64,000 bases of DNA from an uncultured Gemmatimonadales bacterium (GTDB lineage: Bacteria; Gemmatimonadota; Gemmatimonadetes; Longimicrobiales; RSA9): positions 288,001 through 352,000 of the forward strand of contig CAWAMW010000007.1 in the NCBI GenBank assembly GCA_963783305.1, in the 5' to 3' direction. Shown here in pieces: positions 1 through 9,141 of this stretch. The notes under the pieces were generated by a model. The model was not told where the DNA came from. It did not search any database and saw only the letters and a program-made list of their open reading frames with translations. Within the stretch, counting starts at the first letter, position 1. Every line of letters begins with the position of its first letter. The translations under genes and the position numbers were made by a program.

Positions 1-2
1 AC

Positions 3-224
3 GAGGTCGTCGATCCGCTCATCGAGAAGGTCCTTTCGGGGCCCGAGGACGAGATGTTCAAGGTGAGCGAGGTATTCGACCACGACGTGGACGTGAAGGA
101 AGAGGACTTCACGTCGTTCGTGTGCTCGCACTGCGGGGACATGGTAGTGGAGAGGTACGGCAGGGTGGTCGGGGATGAGAAGGTGTGCATTCCCTGTCAG
201 GAATCCATGCTGGCCGCCCGGTAG
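3..224 (+). CDS. C-terminal part of FmdE-family (formylmethanofuran dehydrogenase subunit E-like) protein with C-terminal zinc finger; 5' end outside window
   Basis: Manual translation (not in ORF track): EVVDPLIEKVLSGPEDEMFKVSEVFD...FVCSHCGDMVVERYGRVVGDEKVCIPCQESMLAAR*; CxxC...CxxC pattern typical of FmdE C-termini. Confidence 0.7.
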   Translation, partial: EVVDPLIEKVLSGPEDEMFKVSEVFDHDVDVKEEDFTSFVCSHCGDMVVERYGRVVGDEKVCIPCQESMLAAR

Positions 225-306
225 CCTCGACACCGGAGACCGCCCCCGTTTCGCGGCGCGGTAGCAGCGCGCCCGGGCCGGCTCCGGACACCCACTGGAG
301 AGCATC

Positions 307-1065
307 ATGTTCCTGTATGTCGGTGTTTCCGGCGTGATCCTGCTGGCTTCCTTCCTCTTCGCCATGCTGGGGCTGGGGGGTGGGATGGTCTACGTTCCCG
401 TCCTCACCTGGGCCGGGTTCCCCGTGAAGGAAGTGGCCATCCCTCTGGGGCTGCTCCTGAACGGCCTCAACACGCTGCTGGCCCTGATCCCGTTCGCGCG
501 GAAGCGGCTCGTGGACTGGAAAGGTGGTCTGGCCATGGCCGCGGCCGCCTTCCTCATGGCGCCGCTGGGCGCATGGACGGGCCAGTTCGTGCCGGTACGG
601 ACCCTCCTCGCCCTCTTCGCGACTGCGGTGCTGGCCGCCGCGGTGCGGATGGCCCTGTTCGCGCGGCAGCCGGAGCCGGAGCGGATCATGCCGCTCGGCC
701 GGCGTTCGGTCATCGGCGCCTTCGTCGGGGCGTTCGCGGGCTTCATGGGTGGGATGCTGGGGCTGGGCGGCGGGTTCATCATCGCCCCGATCCTCATGTG
801 GATGGGCTACCGTACGAAGGAAGCGGCGGCGACGACGGCGTTCGTCGTCACGTTCTCATCGCTGTCGGGATACCTCGGGCACGTGGCGCAGGGTCACATG
901 AACTGGCCGCTCACGGTGACGGTCGTCGCGGCCGTGGCCGTCGGCTCACAGCTGGGCGCCTCCTTCATGTCTGGCCGGGCCAAGGCGCGCTGGGTGAAGC
1001 AGCTCTACGCCGCGGTGCTCCTGGCCATTGCCGTGAAACTGATCGTCCAGGCGCTGGCGGGATGA
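307..1065 (+). CDS. Sulfite exporter TauE/SafE family membrane protein
   Basis: About 8 TM segments; duplicated G-[LM]-G-L-G-G-G motif (MLGLGGGMVYVP; MLGLGGGFIIAP); GGAG RBS. Confidence 0.9.
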   Translation: MFLYVGVSGVILLASFLFAMLGLGGGMVYVPVLTWAGFPVKEVAIPLGLLLNGLNTLLALIPFARKRLVDWKGGLAMAAAAFLMAPLGAWTGQFVPVRTLLALFATAVLAAAVRMALFARQPEPERIMPLGRRSVIGAFVGAFAGFMGGMLGLGGGFIIAPILMWMGYRTKEAAATTAFVVTFSSLSGYLGHVAQGHMNWPLTVTVVAAVAVGSQLGASFMSGRAKARWVKQLYAAVLLAIAVKLIVQALAG

Positions 1066-1267
1066 GCGGTCACGCGCTGCCCGTCCGCCCGGCACGCGCT
1101 GCACGGCTACACGCAACTCCGATACGGGCACACGGACGCGTCGGATCGCCAGGCGCTTTTCCATTTCTGGCGCTCGAGGCCGTCTCACCCGCATCCCCGT
1201 TTCGCTGCGCGCTCCGGACGCGGGTTCAGCGGTCGACCTGCGTCATTTCGCTTGGAAGCGGGTGGAT

Positions 1268-2950
1268 CTACGTCGTCGGTCTGTGGGCCGCGATAGTAAT
1301 CATCTCATCCGCCTGGCCGTCCATGGCCTTGCTTCGGCCGTAGACGTCGTGGTGGAAGCGGACCGTGCCGTCCTCCTGGGCCCAGGCGGTGAAGTAGAGG
1401 AGGTAGACGGGGAGGGGTCGGTCGAGCTTGATCCACTGTTCCTCGCCCGTGGCGAGAATGGCGTCGAGGGAGTCGGGGTCGCGGTCGGACTGGAGCTGGA
1501 GGAGCATCCTGGCGAAATCGCGGGGGCGCTCGAGGCGAACGCAGCCGCTGCTGAACGCCCGCTCGTTGCGGGAAAAGAGGTGGCCGTCGGGAGTGTCGTG
1601 GAGGTAGACGTCGAAATCGTTGGGGAATATGAACTTGTAGCGTCCCAGTGAGTTCCGCGGGCCCGGCCGCTGCCGTACCCGTCCGTCCACCATCTCCATG
1701 TCGTGCCGGGCCAGGTACGTGGGATCCTGCGCCATGCCCGGCCGGATGGTGCGGTCCATGATCCCGTCGGGCACGTTCCAGTACGGGTTGACGACCACGT
1801 AGCGTATGGAGTCGGAGAAGATGGGCGTCTGGAGGCTCAGCTGGCCCACCACGACGTCCATGGACTCGATGATGCGCCCGTCGTCGACCACCTCCAGCTC
1901 GAAGCCGGCGATATTGACGATCACGTAGCGGTCCCCGAGGCGGTCTGGCAGCCAGCGCCAGCGGTCGAGGTTGAGGCGAAGGTCTGCGATGCGGTCCGCG
2001 ATGGTGTAGTTCAGTTCTCGGGCGGTAGCCCCGCCCACCGCGCCATCGGGCGTGATGGCGTGCCGGTCCTGGAACCGCGCGACGGCCCGGGCCAGGTCGG
2101 CGTCGAAGAGGGATGGGTCGGCGGCGCCCGCGCGGGCGAGCTCCGCTTCCTGGATATTGACACCGTCCACCAGACGTCGCCGGAGCTGCACCACCGCGTC
2201 GGCGCGCCCGCCCTCCTGGAGCGTGGAGTCGGCGTGGACCTGCGGCCAGTCGCCACGTGCTTCCGCTTCGTGATAGCCGAGCAGCACCTTCCGCATCCGG
2301 TCGTAATGGGGAATGGTCGGGCGCAGCATCGCCACGATGTCCGCCGGCGCCTCGCCGGCCAGGACCCGGTCGAGGATGGCGTCGGCTGGCGCCCGGTCCT
2401 TGACGATCCGATAGTCGAGCCCTGCCTCCTCCGGGTCGAGCATGCCGGCCACCAGGTCGCGGGCCATCCGGTTGAACCCTTCCGTCAGGAGTACGTCGAG
2501 GTCGGTGAGGGTGCGGATGACCATGGTGTCGGACAGGGCCGTGTCGCCCGTCCTCTCGAGTCGGGCGATCCGATCGACGGCGATGTCGTGTCGATAACGG
2601 ACGGGTGGCAGGCCGTCGTCGATGGCCGCTCCCACGGCCTGGTGCACGGCGATCCCCTTCTCGAGCAGCCCCTTCCGCCCGGTCCACGCCGGCTTCCCGG
2701 CGCGCCCGTGGTAGAACGCCAGCGTCGCCGCAGAGATATACAGAGTATCGCCGTCGCTCAGGCGGAGGACGGAATCCCCGGATACCGAGGCCAGGAGCTC
2801 GGCGACGGCGCTGGTGCGCAGCGTCTTGAGGTCCCTGTCCTCGCCGCATGCCGCGGCGAGGAGACCGGCGGCCAGGACCACCGTCAGGATCGGCGCGCGG
2901 GAGCGGTGCCGCACGGGTGCGGTGACTGGTCGCGAGGTGGGGCAGTGCAT
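1268..2950 (-). CDS. L,D-transpeptidase, YcbB/LdtD-type lipoprotein with peptidoglycan-binding domain
   Basis: Lipobox LAAAC; RFQDRHAITPDG PG-binding motif; VNIAGFEL, NPYWNVP, YLHDTP...SSGCVRL catalytic motif; start moved to ATG at 2950. Confidence 0.9.
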   Translation of the reverse strand: MHCPTSRPVTAPVRHRSRAPILTVVLAAGLLAAACGEDRDLKTLRTSAVAELLASVSGDSVLRLSDGDTLYISAATLAFYHGRAGKPAWTGRKGLLEKGIAVHQAVGAAIDDGLPPVRYRHDIAVDRIARLERTGDTALSDTMVIRTLTDLDVLLTEGFNRMARDLVAGMLDPEEAGLDYRIVKDRAPADAILDRVLAGEAPADIVAMLRPTIPHYDRMRKVLLGYHEAEARGDWPQVHADSTLQEGGRADAVVQLRRRLVDGVNIQEAELARAGAADPSLFDADLARAVARFQDRHAITPDGAVGGATARELNYTIADRIADLRLNLDRWRWLPDRLGDRYVIVNIAGFELEVVDDGRIIESMDVVVGQLSLQTPIFSDSIRYVVVNPYWNVPDGIMDRTIRPGMAQDPTYLARHDMEMVDGRVRQRPGPRNSLGRYKFIFPNDFDVYLHDTPDGHLFSRNERAFSSGCVRLERPRDFARMLLQLQSDRDPDSLDAILATGEEQWIKLDRPLPVYLLYFTAWAQEDGTVRFHHDVYGRSKAMDGQADEMITIAAHRPTT

Positions 2951-3048
2951 GGGATCTCCGTATCGGGGAAGGGTGGGTCGACCCGCAGTGGGAAGGCCGC
3001 GGTTTTCGGCCCGGTCCAGGTCCGGGGTGTCGCTGAGTACGAAGAGGC

Positions 3049-3708
3049 TCATCCTGCGCCGCTCCCCGTGCCTCCGCCTTCAAACCGCCGCATACCGCCC
3101 AGATCTCCCGACGCCGGGGCCATCATTCCTCGCAGCGCCGTCAGGTAGGCGTCCGTATCGAACTGACCGGGAGCCACCAGCGCCTGGACCGCGCACCCCT
3201 GGATCCAGCTCACGGCCACGGCGGCCATCCCATCCGCGGTCACTCCAGGCAGCAGGAGCGGGTTCGCCGCGAGCAGCTCCTCCATGATCCGCCGGAACGC
3301 CTCCCGGTATCGATCCAGCTCCTCCACGATCCGAATCCGGATCTCCTCGTGCTGGGCCCCCAGCGCCCAGTACTCCAGGAACAGCCGCGTATACTCCGGC
3401 TGGTGCAGCTGACGCGTAATCTCCTGCTCCAGCAGCGCGTGAAACCGGTCCCGGGCGTGGGGGAATTGGGCGATGTCCTCCGAGATGTGCAGCACCGACG
3501 TGCCGCTCAGCACCCAGTCGAGCAGCTCGTGCACCAGGTTCACCTTCCGCCCGAAATGGAACAGCACCAGCGTATGGCTCACGCCGGCCTCGGCCGCCAC
3601 CGCCCGCACCGTGAGGTGGTTCACGCCCCCCCGGGACGCCACCGCAAAGGCCGCCTCCAGGATCTGCTTGCGCCGCTCTTCTTCCGGTATCCGGTCCCGT
3701 CTCGCCAT
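3049..3708 (-). CDS. TetR/AcrR family transcriptional regulator (BetI-like C-terminus)
   Basis: RRKQILEAAF...LTVRAVAAEAGVSHTLVLFHFGRK HTH; ATG at 3708 preceded by a GA-rich RBS. Confidence 0.9.
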   Translation of the reverse strand: MARRDRIPEEERRKQILEAAFAVASRGGVNHLTVRAVAAEAGVSHTLVLFHFGRKVNLVHELLDWVLSGTSVLHISEDIAQFPHARDRFHALLEQEITRQLHQPEYTRLFLEYWALGAQHEEIRIRIVEELDRYREAFRRIMEELLAANPLLLPGVTADGMAAVAVSWIQGCAVQALVAPGQFDTDAYLTALRGMMAPASGDLGGMRRFEGGGTGSGAG

Positions 3709-3778
3709 GCCCCCGCTCTCCTTCCGCCCGGGGCCCCGCGTTCGATCCGGATCGATTTCCCGACCGCGAGGCAATGTA

Positions 3779-3826
3779 CTGACCAAGTGGAAAGTAAAGT
3801 CTATCTTAAACTTTCCGCTTGGTCAA
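3779..3826. promoter_or_regulatory. Inverted-repeat operator overlapping divergent sigma70-like promoters (probable TetR site)
   Basis: CTGACCAAGTGGAAAGT-N14-ACTTTCCGCTTGGTCAA; minus strand TTGACC-N17-TAGACT, plus strand CTGACC-N17-TATCTT; near-identical element at 32591-32638. Confidence 0.75.
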
Positions 3827-3902
3827 TAGCGCTGGGGTCTTTCTCCTCCCCGTCAGGGGGGTGACGGCGGTCTCACGGGAGCTTCGGAAGCGGCTGGGAG
3901 AG

Positions 3903-4110
3903 TCAAAGGATGGGGTGCGAGCCAGGTCCAGGGCCGCCGGCCCCGTGAAAAACCGTGACGGAGCAACCGCTCCACCAGCGCTCCGCGAACGTGCAGCTTG
4001 ACGCGTGCGCGTCCGATCCCATATACCTGTTCATCGTCGTTCTCCTCTCCGGTTGTGGCAACAGGCTCGCGTGCACACTCGAGCTTGCCCGCCGCGGGCG
4101 GAGAACGCCA
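3903..4110 (-). mobile_element. IS110-family transposase remnant (first ~17 codons plus structured leader)
   Basis: RBS GGAGAGGAG then ATG at 4034: MNRYMGSDAHASSCTFA, resembling IS110 N-termini of the YIGLDAHxxSCT type; frame closes at 3903. Confidence 0.6.
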
Positions 4111-4215
4111 CTTCTTTGCTGGGCTCGGCCGTCTCGTCGGGACCACCCGTTGCGGACGCGACGCCCCTGTGATGCCTATCCCTGATCCGACGATTACCCA
4201 CGGCGACCCCCGTGT

Positions 4216-4908
4216 GTGGAGGTACGGTTGACGAGCCCGGTGATCGCGCGGATGGAATCGCGCGTCAGCGCATGGGAGGAAGAGGCCGACCACAAGGCAG
4301 TGTTTCTGAGTTGTTATCTCATGATGACGCGGAACACTCTCGAGGCCATCGATCGGTGCGAGTTCGGCGACTGCGACTGGGTGGCCCGCCTGCTTCACCG
4401 CTTCGCGGACTACTACTTCGACGCGTTGGACGCGTACGAGCAAAGCCCCGAGTCGACCCCCACGGTCTGGCGGCTGGCCCACGACGCAACGCATGGCGGC
4501 CACACCATGCCCGTGCAGAAGCTGCTCGTAGGCGTGAACGCCCACATCAACTACGACCTGGTGCTGACGCTGGTAGACCTGCTGGAGCCCGAGTGGGACA
4601 CTCTTTCGGCCGCCCGCCGGAGCGCTCGATATGCGGACCACTGCCACGTCAACGATGTCATTGGACGCACCATCGACGCCGTGCAGGACGAGGTACTGGG
4701 CCCGGCCATGCCGGTGATGCGACACGTGGATAGCATGCTCGGCCCCTTCGACGAATACCTCATCTCGCGTCTGATCGCCCGGTGGCGGGAGACCGTGTGG
4801 CAGAACGCCGTGCGCCTGCTTGAAGCCCGGGAGCACGACGAGCGGGCCCGGCTGTTACGAGGGATCGAGGACGAAGCCGTGCGGCTCGGCCACATGCTGG
4901 CCATGTGA
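4216..4908 (+). CDS. DUF5995-like hypothetical protein
   Basis: AVFLSCYLMMT, FADYYFDAL, LLVGVNAHINYDL motifs recalled for this family; start uncertain. Confidence 0.7.
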   Translation: MEVRLTSPVIARMESRVSAWEEEADHKAVFLSCYLMMTRNTLEAIDRCEFGDCDWVARLLHRFADYYFDALDAYEQSPESTPTVWRLAHDATHGGHTMPVQKLLVGVNAHINYDLVLTLVDLLEPEWDTLSAARRSARYADHCHVNDVIGRTIDAVQDEVLGPAMPVMRHVDSMLGPFDEYLISRLIARWRETVWQNAVRLLEAREHDERARLLRGIEDEAVRLGHMLAM

Positions 4909-5132
4909 TGGGCCTGCGGGGTCCGTCGTAGATGCGTTGGCAGGGGCGTCACGCTACCCCACCCGCAAACCCGCCTCCCCGTAATCCGGCAGCACCATCT
5001 CGAACATGCAATGGCCGGTCAGGCCACCATGAACGCACGCGATCGTCTGCCGGACTCATCAAGACGAAAGATCCTCGACGGCCAGAAGCAGGCCATCGCC
5101 CGCTCGGGCCAGCGTCGATTCGCCCCAAGTTC

Positions 5133-5978
5133 TTACCGCGTCGAGCCCGTCGCCTCTGCACCCTCCCGCACGGAATCCATGTGCACGTCCATCTGGGGGA
5201 ACGGAATCCCAATGTCGGCGGTGTCGAGCGCCTCCTTGATGCGCTGCGTCAGGCGCTCGCGGACCGCCCAGTAGTCCGGCGTCTCGGCCCAGACCCGAAC
5301 CGCCCAGTCGATGGACGAGGCGCCGAGCTCACTCAGGTACACCTGGGAGGCGGGCTCACCGAGAACACCCTCGATGGACCCGACCACCTCCTCCAGGACG
5401 CTTCGCGTCGTGCGGAGATCGGCGCCGTAATCGGTGCCGACAGCCACGTCCACTCGCCGGATGGGGTGGAAGGTGATGTTCTCGATGGTCGACCCGAACA
5501 CTTCGCTGTTGGGCACGACGAGGCGCCGGTTGTCCGGAGTGTCGAAATGGGTGGAGAAGAGTTCGAGCTCGACCACTTTGCCCGTCACGCCGGCCACGGA
5601 CACCACGTCGCCGATCCGGAAGGGCCGGAAGGTGAGGAGCATGACGCCGGCGGAAAAGTTGGACAGCGTCCCCTGGAAGGCGAGCCCGATGGCGAAGGCG
5701 GCGGCGGCCAGAATCGCAGCGAAGCTGGCCACGGAGATTCCGAAGAGGCTCAGAACGGCCAGACCGCCGAGGACCAGCACGCCGTAGCGGGCGAGGTTGG
5801 CGGCAAAGCGGGTGAGGGTCCGGTCGAGGCGGCTGCGATCGAGGCTGCGCTGCGTAATTTTCCGCGCCCAGCCGGCCGCCCAGATAACGGCGATGAGGAG
5901 GGCGAGTGCCCCCAGCAGGTCCAGCGCGAAGGGTACCAGTCGGCTGTAATCGAACGTCTCGAACATGGCGGAGATCAC
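5133..5978 (-). CDS. mscS: Small-conductance mechanosensitive channel
   Basis: 3 TM; AIGLAFQGTLSNFSAG, RPFRIGD, VPNS, IPFPQ motifs. Confidence 0.92.
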   Translation of the reverse strand: MISAMFETFDYSRLVPFALDLLGALALLIAVIWAAGWARKITQRSLDRSRLDRTLTRFAANLARYGVLVLGGLAVLSLFGISVASFAAILAAAAFAIGLAFQGTLSNFSAGVMLLTFRPFRIGDVVSVAGVTGKVVELELFSTHFDTPDNRRLVVPNSEVFGSTIENITFHPIRRVDVAVGTDYGADLRTTRSVLEEVVGSIEGVLGEPASQVYLSELGASSIDWAVRVWAETPDYWAVRERLTQRIKEALDTADIGIPFPQMDVHMDSVREGAEATGSTR

Positions 5979-6107
5979 TTTCCGCCCGCGCCTGGTGTGG
6001 GCGCGCGCGCCTCACGTCCGGACGGGGGGCTGAACAATGGGGGCAAAAAGAGTGGTGGGACCCGCGCCGTACCGCTCGCGGGTGCCCATCACTCCGAGCA
6101 TTGGCGG

Positions 6108-6443
6108 CTATTCAGTGAGGTCGACGGTGTCGGCGCCCTGGGCGGCCCGAGCCACGGCCTCCATCCCGTTGTCGCGGGATGCGGCGGATTTGTAGCTCTG
6201 GCTCTGCCCGATGGTCTGTCGGTTCTTCGAGGTGAGATTGAAGCGGTAGGTGCCGGAGGCGCTGTCGCTCTTCTCGAAGCGGTCGGGGTCGGTGCAGTTC
6301 TGCTGGACGGAGCGGATCCCGTTCTGGGCGCCCGACTTCGCCTTGTAGCCCTCGCTGGACAGGACGTTCTGGCCGTTGGAGGACTTGAGGCGGAACCTGA
6401 ACTCCCCGGCCTTATCCTTGTAGATCTCGAACTTTCCTGCCAT
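6108..6443 (-). CDS. YegP/DUF1508 family protein (two tandem repeats)
   Basis: MAGKFEIYKDKAGEFRFRLKSSNGQNVLSSEGY and repeat YRFNLTSKNRQTIGQSQSY; GAAGGGAG RBS. Confidence 0.92.
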   Translation of the reverse strand: MAGKFEIYKDKAGEFRFRLKSSNGQNVLSSEGYKAKSGAQNGIRSVQQNCTDPDRFEKSDSASGTYRFNLTSKNRQTIGQSQSYKSAASRDNGMEAVARAAQGADTVDLTE

Positions 6444-6603
6444 CGCACGACTCCCTTCGGTGATGGAATTCTGTGCCTGCGCGGGCCAGCGCCGCCCACG
6501 TACCGGTGGCGCTGGAGTACAGGCCAATCTATGGTGTGCAACCGGGGGATGAAACTCACGCCGGCAGTCAGGCGTGACGTAACCGGAGGAGCACGGAGGC
6601 GAG

Positions 6604-9066
6604 ATGGAAGCGAACCGGGGGGACCTGTACCTCGGGGGTGAGGTCGACCCCACGACGGGTGACCGTACGGGTGCGGACGTAGTCGTGCCGGCCCACCACC
6701 TGACCACCCACGGCGTCATCCTGGGAATGACAGGGTCGGGAAAGACCGGCCTGGGTGTGGTGCTCCTGGAGGAGGCGCTGCTCTCGGGCGTGCCGATCCT
6801 CGTGCTGGACCCCAAGGGCGACATGGGCAACCTGCTCCTCACCTTTCCGGACCTGCTCCCGAAGGACTTCCTCCCGTGGGTGGACCCGGCTGAGGCGCGG
6901 CGAAAAGGGGTCGAGGTGGACGCGCTCGCGGCGTCGACGGCCGGGGCGTGGCGGGAGGGCCTGGCGTCGTGGGGGATCGGGCCCGATCGGATCCGTCGGC
7001 TGCGCGACGCCGCCGCGTTCACTCTGTACACGCCGGGCTCCAGCGCCGGCGCTCCAATGAACCTGCTCGGTTCCCTGCGTGCGCCCGCGATCGGACCGGC
7101 CGGTGCGTGGGGGGCGCCGGACATGGAGGCGAAGCGAGAGGAGATCGAGGGATTCGTGTCCAGCCTGTTGACGCTGGCGGGCGTGGACTCGGACCCGCTC
7201 TCGAGCCCGGAGCACATCTTCCTGTCCACCCTCATCGAGCACGAGTGGGCGGCGGGCCGGGACCTGGAGTTCGCCGACCTCATCCGACTGGCCCAGGATC
7301 CGCCCTTCCGGAAGCTCGGAGTCTTCGGGCTGGACGAGTTCTTCCCTGCAAAGGAGAGACGCGGGCTGGCGATGCGGCTGAACGCGCTGATGGCATCGCC
7401 GTCGTTTGCCTCCTGGCTCGAGGGGCCGCCGTTTGACCCGGGCTCCCTGGCGAGGGGAGCGGACGGCCGGACGGGCGCGTCGATCGTCTACCTGGCCCAC
7501 CTCTCCGACGCGGAGCGGCAGTTCGTCGTTACGATGCTCCTGACGCGCGTGATCACGTGGATGCGGCAGCAGCCGGGGACCTCCGACCTCCGCCTGCTGA
7601 TCTACATGGACGAGATGTTCGGGTTCGCGCCCCCCACCGCCGCCCCACCGTCGAAGAAGCCGATCCTCACGATCTTCAAGCAGGCGCGGGCTCATGGCGT
7701 GGGCATGGTGGTGTCGACACAGAACCCCGTAGACCTGGACTACAAGATCGTCTCCAACGCCGGGACCTGGATGCTGGGTCGTCTGCAGACGGAGCGGGAC
7801 AAGGCCCGCGTCCTGGAAGGCCTCCGGTCCGCGAGCGGAGCCGTGGACGTGCGTTCGGTGGACGCGCTCTTGAGCGGGCTGCGGCAGCGGGAGTTCATCC
7901 TGCGCACCACCCGGAGTGCTGAACCCTCCGTCTTCACCACCCGCTGGGCCATGTCCTATCTGCGAGGCAACCTCACCCGCGAAGAGGTCGGGCGGCTGGC
8001 AGGAGCAGCACCGAACTCGGGGATGGCCGGGGCGCCCGGGACAACCGCGGACGCCGGCGGGGGCGGGGGCGGGGGCGCGGGCGGGGTGGCATCGGGCGGA
8101 GGCGCCGCGGCGGCCGCGGAGGCGGTGGCTGGCGACCTCGGCCCGGACGAAACACCGGTGGCGCCGTCGGTCCCTTCGTCTGTGCCGGTATACTATCTGG
8201 ACCCGGCCGCGCCGTGGGCGGGTGACGTGGGGGGCGTGCCAGGCTCGAGCCGACTCGAGCCGGCGCTGGTGGCGCGACTTCGCCTCACGTTCGATGACCG
8301 GCGCGCACAGGTGGATCACACCGAGGAGTGGGAAGCGGTTTTCTTCCCTCTCACGACGCATTTCAACGCCGCGAGCGGCCGGGATGTCGACTACGACGAG
8401 CGGGACTTCCGCGACCAGCCGCCCCGGGACGCCCGGTACGTGCTGAGCGAAGCGCCTATCACGAGCCCAGCCTTCTTCAAGGACGCCGGGCGGGCCCTGC
8501 TGGACGAGGCCTGGCGACGGCGCGAGCTGACGGTGCTCCGGAACGGGGACCTCGGACTGTATTCCCGGCCGGGAGAGCAACGTGAGACATTCCTCGAGCG
8601 GTGCCGCACGGCGGCCACAGTGAAAGCCGACGAGGCCGCGGCGGCGCTACGGGACCGCTATGAGAAGAAGATCGATCGAGTCCGGGACGCGCTGGCCCGT
8701 GCGGAGAGCCGGGTACGGGAGCTCGAAGTGGATGTGTCGGCGCGCAAGCAGCAGGAGGTCGTGGCGGGCGCCGGGAAACTGCTCTCCATGTTCCTCCGCG
8801 GCCGGGCCAGCGCCGCCGGGCTGTCAGGTGTGGCGTCCCGGAGGTCCATGACGCGACGTGCAGAGGAGCGGCTCCGTACCTCCACAGAACGGCAGGCGGG
8901 ACAGGAGGCGGAGATCCGGGACCTGGAGGACGAGCTCGCGGACGAGCTGCGGGCGATCATGGACGAGTGGGAGGGACGGGCGGGAGCCGTGGATGCGGTG
9001 GAGATCGGACTGGAGAAGGACGACGTGGCCGTCGAGGAGATCGGGCTCCTGTGGATCCCCAGGTGA
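6604..9066 (+). CDS. HerA/FtsK-superfamily (DUF87-like) P-loop ATPase with C-terminal coiled coil
   Basis: TTHGVILGMTGSGKT Walker A; LVLDPKGD; LIYMDE Walker B; KQARAHG, STQNP; Gly/Ala linker; helical C-terminus. Confidence 0.8.
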   Translation: MEANRGDLYLGGEVDPTTGDRTGADVVVPAHHLTTHGVILGMTGSGKTGLGVVLLEEALLSGVPILVLDPKGDMGNLLLTFPDLLPKDFLPWVDPAEARRKGVEVDALAASTAGAWREGLASWGIGPDRIRRLRDAAAFTLYTPGSSAGAPMNLLGSLRAPAIGPAGAWGAPDMEAKREEIEGFVSSLLTLAGVDSDPLSSPEHIFLSTLIEHEWAAGRDLEFADLIRLAQDPPFRKLGVFGLDEFFPAKERRGLAMRLNALMASPSFASWLEGPPFDPGSLARGADGRTGASIVYLAHLSDAERQFVVTMLLTRVITWMRQQPGTSDLRLLIYMDEMFGFAPPTAAPPSKKPILTIFKQARAHGVGMVVSTQNPVDLDYKIVSNAGTWMLGRLQTERDKARVLEGLRSASGAVDVRSVDALLSGLRQREFILRTTRSAEPSVFTTRWAMSYLRGNLTREEVGRLAGAAPNSGMAGAPGTTADAGGGGGGGAGGVASGGGAAAAAEAVAGDLGPDETPVAPSVPSSVPVYYLDPAAPWAGDVGGVPGSSRLEPALVARLRLTFDDRRAQVDHTEEWEAVFFPLTTHFNAASGRDVDYDERDFRDQPPRDARYVLSEAPITSPAFFKDAGRALLDEAWRRRELTVLRNGDLGLYSRPGEQRETFLERCRTAATVKADEAAAALRDRYEKKIDRVRDALARAESRVRELEVDVSARKQQEVVAGAGKLLSMFLRGRASAAGLSGVASRRSMTRRAEERLRTSTERQAGQEAEIRDLEDELADELRAIMDEWEGRAGAVDAVEIGLEKDDVAVEEIGLLWIPR

Positions 9067-9141
9067 ATACCCCTCGTCGAGGGAACGCGCAGCCCCGACT
9101 CACTCGCGCGTCCGCGAGGTGGCTTCTGGGGTCCGTCACCG

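Noticed and set aside
8056..8089. G-rich (GGCGGG)n run as G-quadruplex or contingency repeat
   Set aside because: Explained by an in-frame poly-Gly linker.
6604..9066. HerA-based anti-phage system
   Set aside because: No adjacent nuclease, Sir2 or other effector gene.
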